A DNA stretch of 64,000 nt from Thermodesulfovibrionales bacterium (GCA_963715195.1 CAVQRT010000030.1:128001-192000); one strand, 5' to 3'; shown: positions 32,338 to 43,494, counted from the first letter of the stretch. Notes: generated by a model from the letters alone, not told the origin. Translations and numbers: made by a program.

Positions 32338-33177
32338 ATGCCATACTCTGAAGATGTCGAAAAAAGGATTCAATCCTTTGATACCATAGCAGATATTGTC
32401 AGCGCCATGAAGGCGTATGCGGGAGTAACCATAAGAAAGACAGAACAGATTGTACCCAACGTGAGGGAGTATGAAAAAAATGTCCTTTTCGTTCTGTCGG
32501 ATCTGATCGTCAATTATCCTGATCTGCTTTTGATGAAAAGGAACAGAGAGAAAAGGATTATTGTAGCCTTCGGCTCTTCCCAGGGATTATGCGGAGCATA
32601 TAATGAAAAAGTCGCTGATGCCGTTGCTGAAGTGATCGGAGATAAAGATGTCCTGTTTGTTATTGGCAGAAGACTTTCCTCATCATTGTTGTTGAGGCAT
32701 ATAGCCTTTGAGAATTATAGTGATTCTGTATTGAGCGTCAGCGGTATACAGGCTGCATTGGAAAAAACCATTGTTCAGATAATGGACATCTACAGGAAGA
32801 ACGATTTTTATAATCTTACTTTTATTTTTACCTCCCTTTTCGAAAACAAGGCACAGATTGCCATAGAGCAAATACTGCCGCCCGATATTAACAGAATGTC
32901 TGCGATGGGGCCGGACAAGAGGACACCCTTTACTTATCTGAATGCAGAGGTCATTTTTGCAAAGGCGTTAGAGGAACTCCTTTATATCAGCTTTTACCGG
33001 TGCTATGCAGAATCTTTGCGGAGCGAGAACTGGTATCGCCTGAGGAGCATGGAGGGCGCTTCGGAATCAATAAAGAAGCATATCGGAGAACTCAGTTCTC
33101 TGCAAAAGTATATCCGGCAGGAAGAGATCACAGAGGAGATGCTCGAGATATTAGGCAGTGGAATGTTCTACAGATAA
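32338..33177 (+). CDS. atpG: N-type ATPase subunit gamma
   Basis: IVSAMK, GLCGAYN, SEN..RL.SM, RQEEITEE. Confidence 0.9.
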   Translation: MPYSEDVEKRIQSFDTIADIVSAMKAYAGVTIRKTEQIVPNVREYEKNVLFVLSDLIVNYPDLLLMKRNREKRIIVAFGSSQGLCGAYNEKVADAVAEVIGDKDVLFVIGRRLSSSLLLRHIAFENYSDSVLSVSGIQAALEKTIVQIMDIYRKNDFYNLTFIFTSLFENKAQIAIEQILPPDINRMSAMGPDKRTPFTYLNAEVIFAKALEELLYISFYRCYAESLRSENWYRLRSMEGASESIKKHIGELSSLQKYIRQEEITEEMLEILGSGMFYR

Positions 33178-33607
33178 GTATCCAAAATATGGATCTTTGA
33201 TCAAAGAGTCCGTTGTCTCTTTTTACGAAAAGCAAGGTGATAATGGTCATATATTTGGACGACTGAATAGTCGGAAGACAGGCACTAAACATTGTTCCTG
33301 TTAAGCCAAATTTCATTCACTGAGGAACCTGTTGATTCGTATTTATAATCCACGCCTGATTCTGAATGTTAAAAATGCGGACTTGGTGAAGAAATTTCTG
33401 GCTGGGTTCAAACCTCCAAATTATCCTTTTACGTGGAATTGCATTAATTGAGCAATTTCTTATAGGATATTGAATGTTATGAGCAATTTTCTTACTGGGT
33501 TATCTGCAAGGCAAAATTGCAAGTCATTGATTTTATTGGAGACGAAATTTCATTTTATGCGCATTCCTACATCAGATGAACATTGCTTGAGAAGAGAAGA
33601 GAGAAAT

Positions 33608-34054
33608 TTGGAAATAAGAAAAATAAGCTTAAGAAATTCTATAGCTGTACTTGGTCTTTTCATTATGTTTTTCCTTGTGGCATGCGGGAAAAAGGAAGTG
33701 AAGCCGGTTTCCCAGGAATCAAAGCTTGCGCAGGAGGCTTTCCAGCTCGCTGAGACTTTGAAGCTAGCCTATATCAAAAACGACCGTGAAACTCTTCAGG
33801 ATAACTGCACAAACGATGGCTACCGGGAGTTAATCGGCGCCATAAAGAAATTCGATAGAGCTGAACTCACTTTTACTCCAACATGGGTTGAGATAAAGGA
33901 TTCCTCAGTGTACCTATCAGTTTCGTGGAAAGGGGTGTGGCTTGAGGGGAGCAAAAGCAGGGAAGAACGAGGTTTGGGTATTTTTGTTCTTGTAGGAAGT
34001 CCCCTGAAACTCGGCGCGGTTCAAAGAGACAATCCCTTCCGCCAGCCTGAGTAA
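33608..34054 (+). CDS. Hypothetical lipoprotein
   Basis: Basic N-terminus, hydrophobic stretch and lipobox LVAC; start codon uncertain. Confidence 0.65.
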   Translation: MEIRKISLRNSIAVLGLFIMFFLVACGKKEVKPVSQESKLAQEAFQLAETLKLAYIKNDRETLQDNCTNDGYRELIGAIKKFDRAELTFTPTWVEIKDSSVYLSVSWKGVWLEGSKSREERGLGIFVLVGSPLKLGAVQRDNPFRQPE

Positions 34055-34120
34055 GCATATTGGGGAACTTCACAAATTTCAATTTGACAATATATGTATT
34101 GATCTGAATTATCGAGGGTT

Positions 34121-34339
34121 CTATTTGCACGAACTGCAGGAGGTTTTGCTGCAGGAGGAGCATCCTGCTGATGCAGCAGTTCCGGCGAGTGGTCTTTCGG
34201 TGCCTGCAGAGCAAAATACTGAGAATTTCTTCTTCACTGCTTTTGAACTGCATTTCGGACACTCAACTTCCTGATTCCCGAAGACGAGTTTCTCGAAGTC
34301 TTCACTGCAATCGGTGCATGTATATTCGTAAATCGGCAT
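34121..34339 (-). CDS. FmdB-family zinc ribbon protein
   Basis: MPIYEYTC..C...FE, CP.C. Confidence 0.9.
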   Translation of the reverse strand: MPIYEYTCTDCSEDFEKLVFGNQEVECPKCSSKAVKKKFSVFCSAGTERPLAGTAASAGCSSCSKTSCSSCK

Positions 34340-34400
34340 ATAGAACTCCTGTAATTATTATGTAATCTGACGACTAACAACTGATGGCTGACACCGGCTA

Positions 34401-35048
34401 CTATCTCTTCGGTACTTTTTCCCAATCCTTCAAAAACTTGGAAAGACCGATATCAGTAAGCGGGTGCTTCATCAGTTGTATTATAACAGAATAGGGGATC
34501 GTCGCGATATGAGCCCCCATAAGGGCAGCTTCAACAACATGGAGAGGGTTTCTGACACTTGCGACAATCACCTCGGTTTCGAACAGGTAATTTTCATATA
34601 TTGTGATGATGTCGCTGACAAGGTCCATCCCGGTATGGCTAATGTCATCGAGCCTTCCTACAAAGGGGCTCACAAACGATGCACCTGCCTTTGCCGCAAT
34701 AAGAGCCTGGCATGGGGAAAAGACAAGGGTCACATTTGTTCTGATACCCACTCCCGAAAGCCTTTTCACTGCCTTCATGCCCTCCTCGATCATCGGGATC
34801 TTGACGACGATATTGGGATGGATTTTGGAGAGGGTTTCGGCCTCTCTGATCATATCATCGGCTTTCAAGCCGACTACCTCTGCGTTTACGGGACCGTCGA
34901 CAATAGAACAAATCTCCTTAAATAAGGTAACGGGGTCACTGTTCTCTTTTGCGATCAGTGACGGGTTGGTTGTCACTCCATCGATTAGACCCAGTTCCCA
35001 GGCCCTCTTAATCTCGTCAATGTTTGCGGTATCTATAAAGAATTTCAT
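34401..35048 (-). CDS. fsa: Transaldolase / fructose-6-phosphate aldolase family
   Basis: [33 protein letters not shown]. Confidence 0.92.
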   Translation of the reverse strand: MKFFIDTANIDEIKRAWELGLIDGVTTNPSLIAKENSDPVTLFKEICSIVDGPVNAEVVGLKADDMIREAETLSKIHPNIVVKIPMIEEGMKAVKRLSGVGIRTNVTLVFSPCQALIAAKAGASFVSPFVGRLDDISHTGMDLVSDIITIYENYLFETEVIVASVRNPLHVVEAALMGAHIATIPYSVIIQLMKHPLTDIGLSKFLKDWEKVPKR

Positions 35049-35168
35049 GTCGCCTCCTCAGAGCTGATTTTTATGCGTTCATTATACAATATTGAACTTA
35101 TCGAATACATATCATGTATGCCGCCAAATACAATATCTGCCGGTCGATGTATGATCATAAAACACACT

Positions 35169-36362
35169 TCAGGCGAGATTAAATACAGGAGTTTTCACAA
35201 CTGCTTCTTCGAGGACCTCGATGAGATGCACTACCGGCTTGTCTTTGCAGCTCTTTGAAAGCTGCAGGATGCAGCCGGGGCAAGAGGTGATGATCACCTC
35301 TGCCTCTGAATTTGCATATTGGTTCATGCATGTTGCGAGAATCTGCTGCGAAAGGTCCTGAAAAGTGAAGCTGAAGGTGCCCGCAAACCCGCAGCATCGT
35401 GTCTCGCCGGTTTTTAACAAATCAATCCCTATATCCCTGATAAGCTTCCGGGGTTCCTGTTCTATGGAAAGTCCATATTTCAGATGGCAGGGTTCGTGAT
35501 AAAGAGCTTTCTTAAGCGGTGAGGAGACACCCGATAAGACTGACAGGTCCATTTTTTCGATCAGGAAGGTTGAAATATCCTGTGCTTTCTGAATTCCTTC
35601 ACCGATGAGTAATGGATATTCACGCTGGATAGTCAGCGTGCAGGTCGGACAGAGGCTCAGGACTGCTTCGACATTCAGCGTGTTGAACACATGGACATTC
35701 CTTTTGGCAAGCTGTTGAGCTTCCTCCTCAAGGCCGAGGCCGCGCAACGGAGCCCCGCAGCATGCTTCCGTTGCCGGAAGAATAACCTCGTAGCCGAGTG
35801 TATGTAAAATGTTAATCAGCGATTTACCGAGGTGCGGATATACGAAGTTGACCATGCATCCGGTGAATAACGCTACCCGTCCTTTTCTCTGCGGGACAGA
35901 AACAACCTTTGCAGAGTTTCTGAGACAGTGGTCGGGCAGTTCAAACTGTGACGGGATAAACCCTTGTTTCAAAAGATATGGCCTGAAAATATGCTGTAGC
36001 ATGCCGATCAATGTAAAGCTCAACTTTGGTCTCTTTGCGGAGAAGGTGATAAGGCGGCGGATGAGACTCCTCTTTTTGTCATCACTTTGCAGGATAGTTC
36101 TTCCGTGGTGGATGGCTTCTTTTATATCGACGCCGGCCGGGCAGAGGCTGGAGCATGCGCCGCACAACGTACAGCTGAAAATACGGTCGTGCAGGACCGG
36201 GGAGGGAATAAGTGTTCCCGAGGCAATCCCCCGGAGAAGCGCAAGCCGTCCCCTCGCACCCATCGGTTCTGTGGAAGCCTCGTCGTAGGTCGGACAGAAG
36301 GCTTTGCAACTTCCGCAACGGACGCATTTCGAGAGATCGTTCAGATAACGGGCAGTTTCCAT
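35169..36362 (-). CDS. GlcF-like Fe-S oxidoreductase subunit
   Basis: Two 4Fe-4S motifs (CVRCGSCKAFCP, CTLCGACSSLCP) and two CCG domains. Confidence 0.85.
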   Translation of the reverse strand: METARYLNDLSKCVRCGSCKAFCPTYDEASTEPMGARGRLALLRGIASGTLIPSPVLHDRIFSCTLCGACSSLCPAGVDIKEAIHHGRTILQSDDKKRSLIRRLITFSAKRPKLSFTLIGMLQHIFRPYLLKQGFIPSQFELPDHCLRNSAKVVSVPQRKGRVALFTGCMVNFVYPHLGKSLINILHTLGYEVILPATEACCGAPLRGLGLEEEAQQLAKRNVHVFNTLNVEAVLSLCPTCTLTIQREYPLLIGEGIQKAQDISTFLIEKMDLSVLSGVSSPLKKALYHEPCHLKYGLSIEQEPRKLIRDIGIDLLKTGETRCCGFAGTFSFTFQDLSQQILATCMNQYANSEAEVIITSCPGCILQLSKSCKDKPVVHLIEVLEEAVVKTPVFNLA

Positions 36363-36364
36363 GT

Positions 36365-37174
36365 TCAGGTGTTCTTCTTAAGGACCCGGTCCATGCTGCC
36401 GCTCTGGTAACCGTCGAGATCAAGCGATATGAATCCGTAGCCGAGGGATTTGAGCGCTTCTGAGATTGCCGTCCTCTTCCCGGGGTCGAGAACCAGGTCA
36501 AGTTCCTCTTGCCTGACTTCTATCCGGGCGACAGAGCCGTGATCCCTTACCCGGAACTCTCTGAATCCGAGCGAACGAAGGAAATTTTCTGCCCTTTCGA
36601 CACGATGTAAGGCCTCCCTCGTAATTCGCTGGCCATAGGGAAACCGTGTGGCAAGGCACGGAGAGGAAGGCTTATCCCATGTCGGAAGTCCCAATCGACG
36701 GGAAAATTGCCTGACTTCACTTTTTGATAAATGGGCTTCCACAAGCGGGCTCCTGACACGGTATTGTCCCGCTGCCTTTCTGCCGGGCCTGAATTCATTT
36801 ATGTCATCGCGGGTGCTTCCATCAAGAATAAATGCATAACCCTCTTTAAGCGCAATAGATTGCAGTTCCCTGTACAATCTATCCTTACAGAAAAAACACC
36901 TTTCAGGCGTATTTCTGACAAATTCATCTCTCAAAAGCATGTTGATACTGATAATTCTGTGTTTTATCCCAAGCTTGTCTGCTATTCCCTGTGCCGTCAG
37001 CACATCCTCGTACGGGATGACTTCTGTAGCTGCGGTTACCGAAAGTGCATTTATGCCTGAAACCTGAATTGCTTTCAGAAGAAATGTGCTGTCAACCCCG
37101 CTTGAGAAGGCAAGGAGCGCGCTTCGCATTCCCTGGAGTATAGTCAAAAGATTTTGGAATTTTTTGTTTTCCAT
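36365..37174 (-). CDS. larE: LarE-like ATP-dependent sacrificial sulfur transferase
   Basis: PP-loop SSGVDS, RCFFCK, RPG, PCLATRFPYG, RVRDHG..ARIE. Confidence 0.88.
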   Translation of the reverse strand: MENKKFQNLLTILQGMRSALLAFSSGVDSTFLLKAIQVSGINALSVTAATEVIPYEDVLTAQGIADKLGIKHRIISINMLLRDEFVRNTPERCFFCKDRLYRELQSIALKEGYAFILDGSTRDDINEFRPGRKAAGQYRVRSPLVEAHLSKSEVRQFSRRLGLPTWDKPSSPCLATRFPYGQRITREALHRVERAENFLRSLGFREFRVRDHGSVARIEVRQEELDLVLDPGKRTAISEALKSLGYGFISLDLDGYQSGSMDRVLKKNT

Positions 37175-37193
37175 ACAAGAAATAAACGACGAG

Positions 37194-37228
37194 GAATTTA
37201 GGATTTAGATATTAGAATTTAGATTTTT
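37194..37228. repeat. Heptamer tandem array (GAATTTA-like x5)
   Basis: GAATTTA GGATTTA GATATTA GAATTTA GATTTTT. Confidence 0.8.
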
Positions 37229-37230
37229 GA

Positions 37231-38736
37231 CTACAATACTGTTACTTCATAATTTTCCTGATGCAGGCTGCGGCTTTCCCGTATGGTTATCTTCACGGTG
37301 TACCTGTTTTCGATATCCTCTACCCCTGCACGCTCTTCGTCTGATAGAAAGTCGGCAACGGAAGGGTGGGCAGTAACAATGATTTTTTCGCTTCCGTGTT
37401 TGGCGAGCCGCGTTACTTTTCTGAATATTTCATAACAGAGTGTTTTCGGTGATTTTACAAAACCCTTGCCTTCGCAGTATGGGCAGGACTCGCAGAGTGT
37501 TCTGCCGAGGCTCTCCCGGACCCTTTTTCGTGTCATCTGAATAAGGCCGAGTTCAGAAATATGGGAGATTGTATTTTTGGCACGGTCTTTTTTCATTGCC
37601 TCGGAAAAAGCATTGAATACCCTTTCCCGGTTTTCATATTTTTCCATATCGATAAAGTCGACGATAATGATTCCGCCGAGGTTGCGGAGCCTGATCTGAT
37701 AAGCGATCTCCTTCACTGCCTCAAGATTGGTCTTCAGGATGGTATCTTCCAGCTCCTCCTTGCCGACAAACTTGCCGGTGTTCACATCAATGACCGTCAT
37801 GGCCTCTGTCTGATCAATAACAATGTATCCGCCGGATTTTAGCCAGACCTTCCGTCCGAGAGCCCGTGATATGTCGAATTCGATACCGAAGGCATCGAAT
37901 ATCGGTTCGATGCCTTCATACAGTTCTATCTTTCCCAGAAGCTTTTCGAAATATGTCCGCACGAAATCTTTGATGCGTTCATACTCTTCTCCTGAATCAA
38001 CGACAAGCCGTTTGACGTCCTGTATCATTAGGTCTCTGACGCTCCTGAAGACGAGGTCAAGATCACTGTATAGCATGGTTGGCGCTGATACCCGGTCCTT
38101 CTTCTTCTGGACGGTTTCCCATAAGAGGAGAAGAAATTCAAGGTCCTTCTGGAGGTCTTCTTCGGCTGATCCCTCGCTTGCCGTTCGTATGATCAGTCCA
38201 AACCCCTTCGGGTTTAAATTCTCAACAATGGTTCTGAGCCGGATTCTTTCAGACTCGTCGGATATTCTTCGTGATATGCCGATATGCTCGACATTCGGCA
38301 TGAGAACGAGGTATCTGCCCGGTATGGTCACGTAGGAGGTCACGCGGGCTCCCTTACTGCCAATAGGGTCTTTTGATACCTGAACAAGGATCTCCTGCCC
38401 TTCCTGAATCAGCTCTTCTATGGTGAGGTCGGGTTTTCCCCTCTTTGAGACGATCTCGATGGAATTAATTTTTTCTTCTTCCTCAAGAAACGGGGCAAAT
38501 TCTTCCAGCCCTGCGTGAATATCGCTTACATAGAGGAAAGCAGCCTTTTCAAGACCGATGTCGATAAAGGCAGACTGCATGCCCGGCAGAATTTTCACGA
38601 CTTTCCCCTTATAGATATTGCCGACAAGGCTCGCGTCTCTCTTTCTCTCGATATAGAATTCAACAACCTGACCGCCCTCAAGGAGGCCAACCCTTATCTC
38701 ATCCCGCGTTACATTAATTAATATTTCGCTGTCCAT
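37231..38736 (-). CDS. rng: Ribonuclease G (Rne/Rng family)
   Basis: GNIYKGKV, AFIDIG, IDVNTG, RLRNLGGIIIVDFIDM, CPYC.G. Confidence 0.93.
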   Translation of the reverse strand: MDSEILINVTRDEIRVGLLEGGQVVEFYIERKRDASLVGNIYKGKVVKILPGMQSAFIDIGLEKAAFLYVSDIHAGLEEFAPFLEEEEKINSIEIVSKRGKPDLTIEELIQEGQEILVQVSKDPIGSKGARVTSYVTIPGRYLVLMPNVEHIGISRRISDESERIRLRTIVENLNPKGFGLIIRTASEGSAEEDLQKDLEFLLLLWETVQKKKDRVSAPTMLYSDLDLVFRSVRDLMIQDVKRLVVDSGEEYERIKDFVRTYFEKLLGKIELYEGIEPIFDAFGIEFDISRALGRKVWLKSGGYIVIDQTEAMTVIDVNTGKFVGKEELEDTILKTNLEAVKEIAYQIRLRNLGGIIIVDFIDMEKYENRERVFNAFSEAMKKDRAKNTISHISELGLIQMTRKRVRESLGRTLCESCPYCEGKGFVKSPKTLCYEIFRKVTRLAKHGSEKIIVTAHPSVADFLSDEERAGVEDIENRYTVKITIRESRSLHQENYEVTVL

Positions 38737-41255
38737 TGCATGCTCCGTTCAATTGGCTTTACCCACCCGCTTTTCCATCCATAGAGCCCTGTCCTTGTTA
38801 TATCGAGCTCATTGAGAGATTTCCTGCATACCAGCGGGATAAGTTCACCCAGCCTCACCTTGGTATCACCCTGATCTGCAAGAACAAATAAAACAGCAAT
38901 GTCCCCGCGTGGGATAACTTCTTCTATCATATTCCTGATGTTTATTGTACCTCTTTCTCTGTCAACAAGCAGCTCTTTTTTTGATAACACCTCGTGAATA
39001 GCTGATATATCAGCACCCTTTATTTCATACTCATATCGGCAGATAAAGGCATTGAGCGATGGTTCCCCTGCAGGGATGACTGACATGTCACAAACGGAGA
39101 TGCCATCCGGAAGCGTTCCATTCAGTTTTTCCCTGTTCGTGATCAAGTCAAAAGGGGGCGTAACCTCCATGTCGAAGTATTCTCTCAGTCCGGCAATGCC
39201 AACTCCGAGCGGCGGACCGAATGATACCTTCGGGGCTGGATGAAATCCTTTGGAGAACTCGAGGGGAAAGCCGGCTCTCCTCATTGCCCGGTGAAACATG
39301 GTAACTAGTTCAAGATGTGAGAGGTATCTCAATCTGTCTGTCTTGGCAAATTCAACGCGTATTTTGACCGGTTTGAACCGTCCTGTATGCCCAATAACGG
39401 GCGAAAATTTGTCAGAAAGAAGTTCTTGTTCCCCGGCGGTTGACGGTTGAGCATTCAATGATTTCTTGCAGTCAAGTCCGCAATAGTGGCAGGTTTTCCT
39501 GCAATCGATGGTAATTTCCCCAGACAGTGCCTTCAGATACTCTTTCCAGAGAAAATTCTTCGATACCCCCGTATCAACAAAATCCCAGGGCAAAGGATCA
39601 GGAAGGGTGTAGGATTGCTGTGCAAAGGATACAGCGTCTATGCCTGTCAGGTGCATTGCTTCTTCCCATTTTTGATAATCGAAAACCTCAGTCCACCCGT
39701 CGAGCCTGCAGCCCAGTGACCATGCTTTTTCGATCAGGGTGGCAATGCCAGCGTCGCCACGGGAGAAAGCAGCCTCCAGGAGGCTCATGCGAATGTCATG
39801 TCCCTTGATATGAAAGCCTTTCCTGGCGAGCCTATTTCTGATATAGGCTTTCTTCTCCCGGAGCTCGTCAATCCTGATCTGTCCGTACCATTGAAAAGGG
39901 GTATGGGCCTTGGGAATGAAAGGAGAAACGCCGATATTAATATTAACAAATCGTTTCGTAAAGTGTTTCGCGGTTTTCAGTGCCTTTAAAGCCATGGCAA
40001 GGATGCCGTCGATATCTTCGTCTGTTTCAGTGGGGAGGCCTATCATAAAATACAGTTTGAGATTGAGCCAGCCTTCTTTGAAGAGAACGTGAAGGGCTTG
40101 TTCATAATCTTCGTCCGAAAAATCTTTATTGATTACTTTCCTGAGACGTTCCGTACCGGCCTCGGGTGCAATGGTAAATCCGGTCTTTCTGACAGAGCTT
40201 ATTTCTTTCAGGAGAGCACTGTTTATTGCCGATATCCTGAGCGAAGGGAGGGAAACCGCGATCTTATCTTTCCTGAATCTCCTGTTCAATTCCCTTACAA
40301 CATCCAAGAGACACGTGTAATCTCCGGCGCTGAGGGATGTAAAGGCGATTTCTTCATAACCGGTATTGTTCAGGGAGGTTTCCGCAAGAGCTAAGGCATT
40401 CTGCAGACTTCTTTCCCTGACAGGCCGGTAAATCATACCCGCCTGGCAGAACCTGCAGCCCATGGAACACCCTCTTGATACCTCAATATTGACCCTGTCA
40501 TGAACAATCGAGGTAAAAGGGACAACTGGCTTGTCCGGGTATGGTGCATTGTCAAGGGAGGAAAGAATGCGGCGCTGAACGGAAAAAGAAGGATGAGAAG
40601 TGAAAGATGAGGGATGAGGGAAGGAGAGATGGTCTTTACATGCCGAAGCATGAAAGAACGGTACAAACATCCCTTCAATCCGGGCAAGAGCTTGAAGAAG
40701 TGATTCCTTTTTGCTGTCACCATCATTTTTCCACCGGTAATAGGTTTCCAATATTTCCTGAACCGCTTCTTCCCCGTCTCCTATCAGAAAGGCGTCAATA
40801 AATGGAGACATCGGCATTGGATTAACTGTGCAAGGTCCTCCGGCGATAATGAGCGGATAATGAGACAAAGATGAACCCAGACGCTCTTCCGATTTAATGG
40901 GTATGCCGCCCATTGAGAGCATATTCAGTACTGTTGTGTAAGAAAGTTCGTATTGCAGACTGAACCCGGCAATATCAAATTCCCTCAGAGGCCGGTTTGA
41001 TTCCAGTGAAGAGAGCAGGAGGCCATTGGTCTTTATTGCTGCCTCTAAATCAATCCATGGAGAAAAGACCCGTTCAGCTGATGCAAACGGAAGCTCGTTT
41101 ATTATCCTATAGAGAATCCTGAGTCCGAGATGGGACATACCGATTTCATAAATATCCGGAAAAACAAGGGCTACCTTGACAGGTTTGTCAGGATAGACGG
41201 TGTTGATTTCATTATTAATGTACCTGCTCGGCTTCTGGAGAAAAGATAAATTCAC
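38718..41255 (-). CDS. Radical SAM protein fused to a C-terminal radical-SAM-linked domain (TIGR03960/TIGR03936-type fusion)
   Basis: FPDIYEIGMS, RGCSMGCRFCQAG, APEAG; C-terminal YLSHLEL, GFHPAP. Confidence 0.85.
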   Translation of the reverse strand: MNLSFLQKPSRYINNEINTVYPDKPVKVALVFPDIYEIGMSHLGLRILYRIINELPFASAERVFSPWIDLEAAIKTNGLLLSSLESNRPLREFDIAGFSLQYELSYTTVLNMLSMGGIPIKSEERLGSSLSHYPLIIAGGPCTVNPMPMSPFIDAFLIGDGEEAVQEILETYYRWKNDGDSKKESLLQALARIEGMFVPFFHASACKDHLSFPHPSSFTSHPSFSVQRRILSSLDNAPYPDKPVVPFTSIVHDRVNIEVSRGCSMGCRFCQAGMIYRPVRERSLQNALALAETSLNNTGYEEIAFTSLSAGDYTCLLDVVRELNRRFRKDKIAVSLPSLRISAINSALLKEISSVRKTGFTIAPEAGTERLRKVINKDFSDEDYEQALHVLFKEGWLNLKLYFMIGLPTETDEDIDGILAMALKALKTAKHFTKRFVNINIGVSPFIPKAHTPFQWYGQIRIDELREKKAYIRNRLARKGFHIKGHDIRMSLLEAAFSRGDAGIATLIEKAWSLGCRLDGWTEVFDYQKWEEAMHLTGIDAVSFAQQSYTLPDPLPWDFVDTGVSKNFLWKEYLKALSGEITIDCRKTCHYCGLDCKKSLNAQPSTAGEQELLSDKFSPVIGHTGRFKPVKIRVEFAKTDRLRYLSHLELVTMFHRAMRRAGFPLEFSKGFHPAPKVSFGPPLGVGIAGLREYFDMEVTPPFDLITNREKLNGTLPDGISVCDMSVIPAGEPSLNAFICRYEYEIKGADISAIHEVLSKKELLVDRERGTINIRNMIEEVIPRGDIAVLFVLADQGDTKVRLGELIPLVCRKSLNELDITRTGLYGWKSGWVKPIERSMQWTAKY

Positions 41256-41414
41256 ACATTAAGAATACCATGAAAGCGTATGGTATTGTTCAGCCAGTTA
41301 ATGGCAATTTTTGGGATTAACTGGCATCAAATCGATAGCATAGGTGGACAATATGAGGTAATATTTATTAGAAACTGCTGTACAATCATTGAATAGTTGA
41401 AAAGGAGGGATATT

Positions 41415-41867
41415 ATGTTGAAGGAATTTAAGGAGTTTGCCATGCGCGGAAATGTCCTCGACATGGCTGTCGGTATTGTAATCGGAGCCGCTTTCGGGGC
41501 AATTGTCACTTCATTCGTTGCAGATGTCATCATGCCGCCAATCGGACTTCTTCTCGGTAACATCGATTTTGCCAATCTTTTCATTATCCTAAAGGAGGGT
41601 AAGGTTCCTGGGCCGTATGAATCTCTGGTAGCAGCGAAGGATGCCGGGGCAGTTACCATTAATTATGGTCTTTTTCTGAATACCGTCATCAGTTTTTTGA
41701 TTGTCGCCTTTGCCATATTTCTTCTTATAAAGAATGTTAACAGAATGAAGAGAGAGCAGGAGGCTCCTCCAACAGTGCCTACAACAAAGGAATGCCCTTT
41801 CTGCCTGTCAACGATTCCCATGAAGGCAGTAAAGTGCGCTTACTGTACTGCCGAATTAAAGCAATAA
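41415..41867 (+). CDS. mscL: Large-conductance mechanosensitive channel with C-terminal Cys motif
   Basis: [17 protein letters not shown]; tail CPFC...CAYC. Confidence 0.95.
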   Translation: MLKEFKEFAMRGNVLDMAVGIVIGAAFGAIVTSFVADVIMPPIGLLLGNIDFANLFIILKEGKVPGPYESLVAAKDAGAVTINYGLFLNTVISFLIVAFAIFLLIKNVNRMKREQEAPPTVPTTKECPFCLSTIPMKAVKCAYCTAELKQ

Positions 41868-41992
41868 ATATCGTTCCAGGGGGTGGGGTTAGGTAAAAGA
41901 TCTGCATCTGACACCTGCAATCCTTGCCCTGCCATCCCTGTGTTACGGTTTGCATCAGACAGCGGTCTTTTTCCCGTGCTATAATAGGTGCG

Positions 41993-42757
41993 ATGCAAAG
42001 AGTAAGATGCCTTCAAATATTTATTATTGCCCTGGCATGCTGTTTCATAGCATGTTCCAAAAAACCGGCTGTCCAACCCGCTCAAAAATTTGATCCGGAA
42101 ACATCTTTTACCACCGCTAATGAACTTCTGGAGAAAAAGGAATATGAAAAGGCACGGGCTTCTTTTCTTGAGGTAAAGAACCGGGATCAGACAAGAAAAT
42201 TTGCTCCATTGGCTCAGTTGAAAATCGCCGATTCTTATGTGAAAGAGGAAGAGCCTGAACTTGCCGTTGCTGAATACCGGAAATTCCTTGATGCCTATCC
42301 GGACCACCAGTATGCCTCATATGCGCAATATCAGATTGCCATGGTCTACTTCGATCAGATTGAAAGCCCGGAGAGAGGATATGGGGGAGCGGCAAAATCC
42401 CTTGAAGAGTTCGAGAAGCTTAAAAAAATGTTTCCGAGAAACCCTTACAAAGAGGCTGTAGATCTTAAGATAGAGAAATGCCGTAATACGATTGCTGAAT
42501 ATGAATATCTGGTCGGAAAATTCTATTACAAAAAGGGATCTTATCAGGCTGCACTCGGAAGGTTTGATGGCCTGTTGAAAAAATACCCAGGGTACCAGGG
42601 AGCATCTGATGTTCTTTATTATACAGCCATGTCATATAAAAACCTTGGTAATGCCGAACGTGCGCTGGAGTATTTATCGCTCTTTATTGAACGGTATCCG
42701 TCACATAAACTCGTTAAGGATGCACAGAAAGAGATCGCTTCTCTGAGCAGGAAATAA
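41993..42757 (+). CDS. bamD: Outer membrane protein assembly factor BamD
   Basis: Lipobox IAC, TPR-like helices, F...YP.H, EY.VGKFY.K. Confidence 0.85.
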   Translation: MQRVRCLQIFIIALACCFIACSKKPAVQPAQKFDPETSFTTANELLEKKEYEKARASFLEVKNRDQTRKFAPLAQLKIADSYVKEEEPELAVAEYRKFLDAYPDHQYASYAQYQIAMVYFDQIESPERGYGGAAKSLEEFEKLKKMFPRNPYKEAVDLKIEKCRNTIAEYEYLVGKFYYKKGSYQAALGRFDGLLKKYPGYQGASDVLYYTAMSYKNLGNAERALEYLSLFIERYPSHKLVKDAQKEIASLSRK

Positions 42758-42813
42758 TCTCTCAGTCCTGATAGATCTGATCAATGAGTATTTCGCACTA
42801 TTCATAAAAAATA

Positions 42814-43494
42814 ATGAAACGCAGGCAACCTGGTTCCTTGCATTCTCATGCAATAGCTCCCCCTTTGTACTATCCCCTCTTTCTTAACCTTTCAGGGAAA
42901 AAGACGGTTGTGATCGGTGGGGGCAAGGTTGCCGAGAGAAAGATGGGCCCCTTGCTGAAGGCAGGAGCAAAAGTTACTGTCATCAGCCCTGAGATCACGA
43001 AAAAGATTGCAAGGATGAAACAGAAAAAAATGGTTCAACACATCGCAAGACTCTACAGGAAGGGAGATCTGAAAGAAGCGTTTCTTGTGATAGCGGCAAC
43101 GGATTCGCTCCCCGTCAATGAGCAGGTGTCGCGGGATGCCCCCTGCCTTGTGAATGTTGTGGATACACCCCACTTATGCAACTGTATTGTTCCGTCGACC
43201 ATGATCCGCGGTCCCCTGAACATCGCAGTGTCAACAAGTGGTATCAGCCCTGCTCTTTCCCGGTCGATACGGAAAGAGCTGGAAAAAGTTTACGGATGTG
43301 AATTTACGCAGTACCTGCAATCTTTGAGGAAAATTCGTCAGGATGCGATGAAGATGATTCGTGACAAAAAGAAGAGAACGGAGTTTTTGAAGTGTATTGC
43401 CTCGGAGGAGATGGTTAAAAAAGTCAGGAGCAAGGGATTAAAGGAGATCAGAAGAACAGCAGAAGATTTATTGAAAAAGGCAAAGGCGTCTTGA
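42814..43494 (+). CDS. Precorrin-2 dehydrogenase / sirohydrochlorin ferrochelatase (SirC/CysG N-terminal type)
   Basis: YYPLFL, VIGGGKVAERK, VNVVD, STSG.SP. Confidence 0.88.
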   Translation: MKRRQPGSLHSHAIAPPLYYPLFLNLSGKKTVVIGGGKVAERKMGPLLKAGAKVTVISPEITKKIARMKQKKMVQHIARLYRKGDLKEAFLVIAATDSLPVNEQVSRDAPCLVNVVDTPHLCNCIVPSTMIRGPLNIAVSTSGISPALSRSIRKELEKVYGCEFTQYLQSLRKIRQDAMKMIRDKKKRTEFLKCIASEEMVKKVRSKGLKEIRRTAEDLLKKAKAS

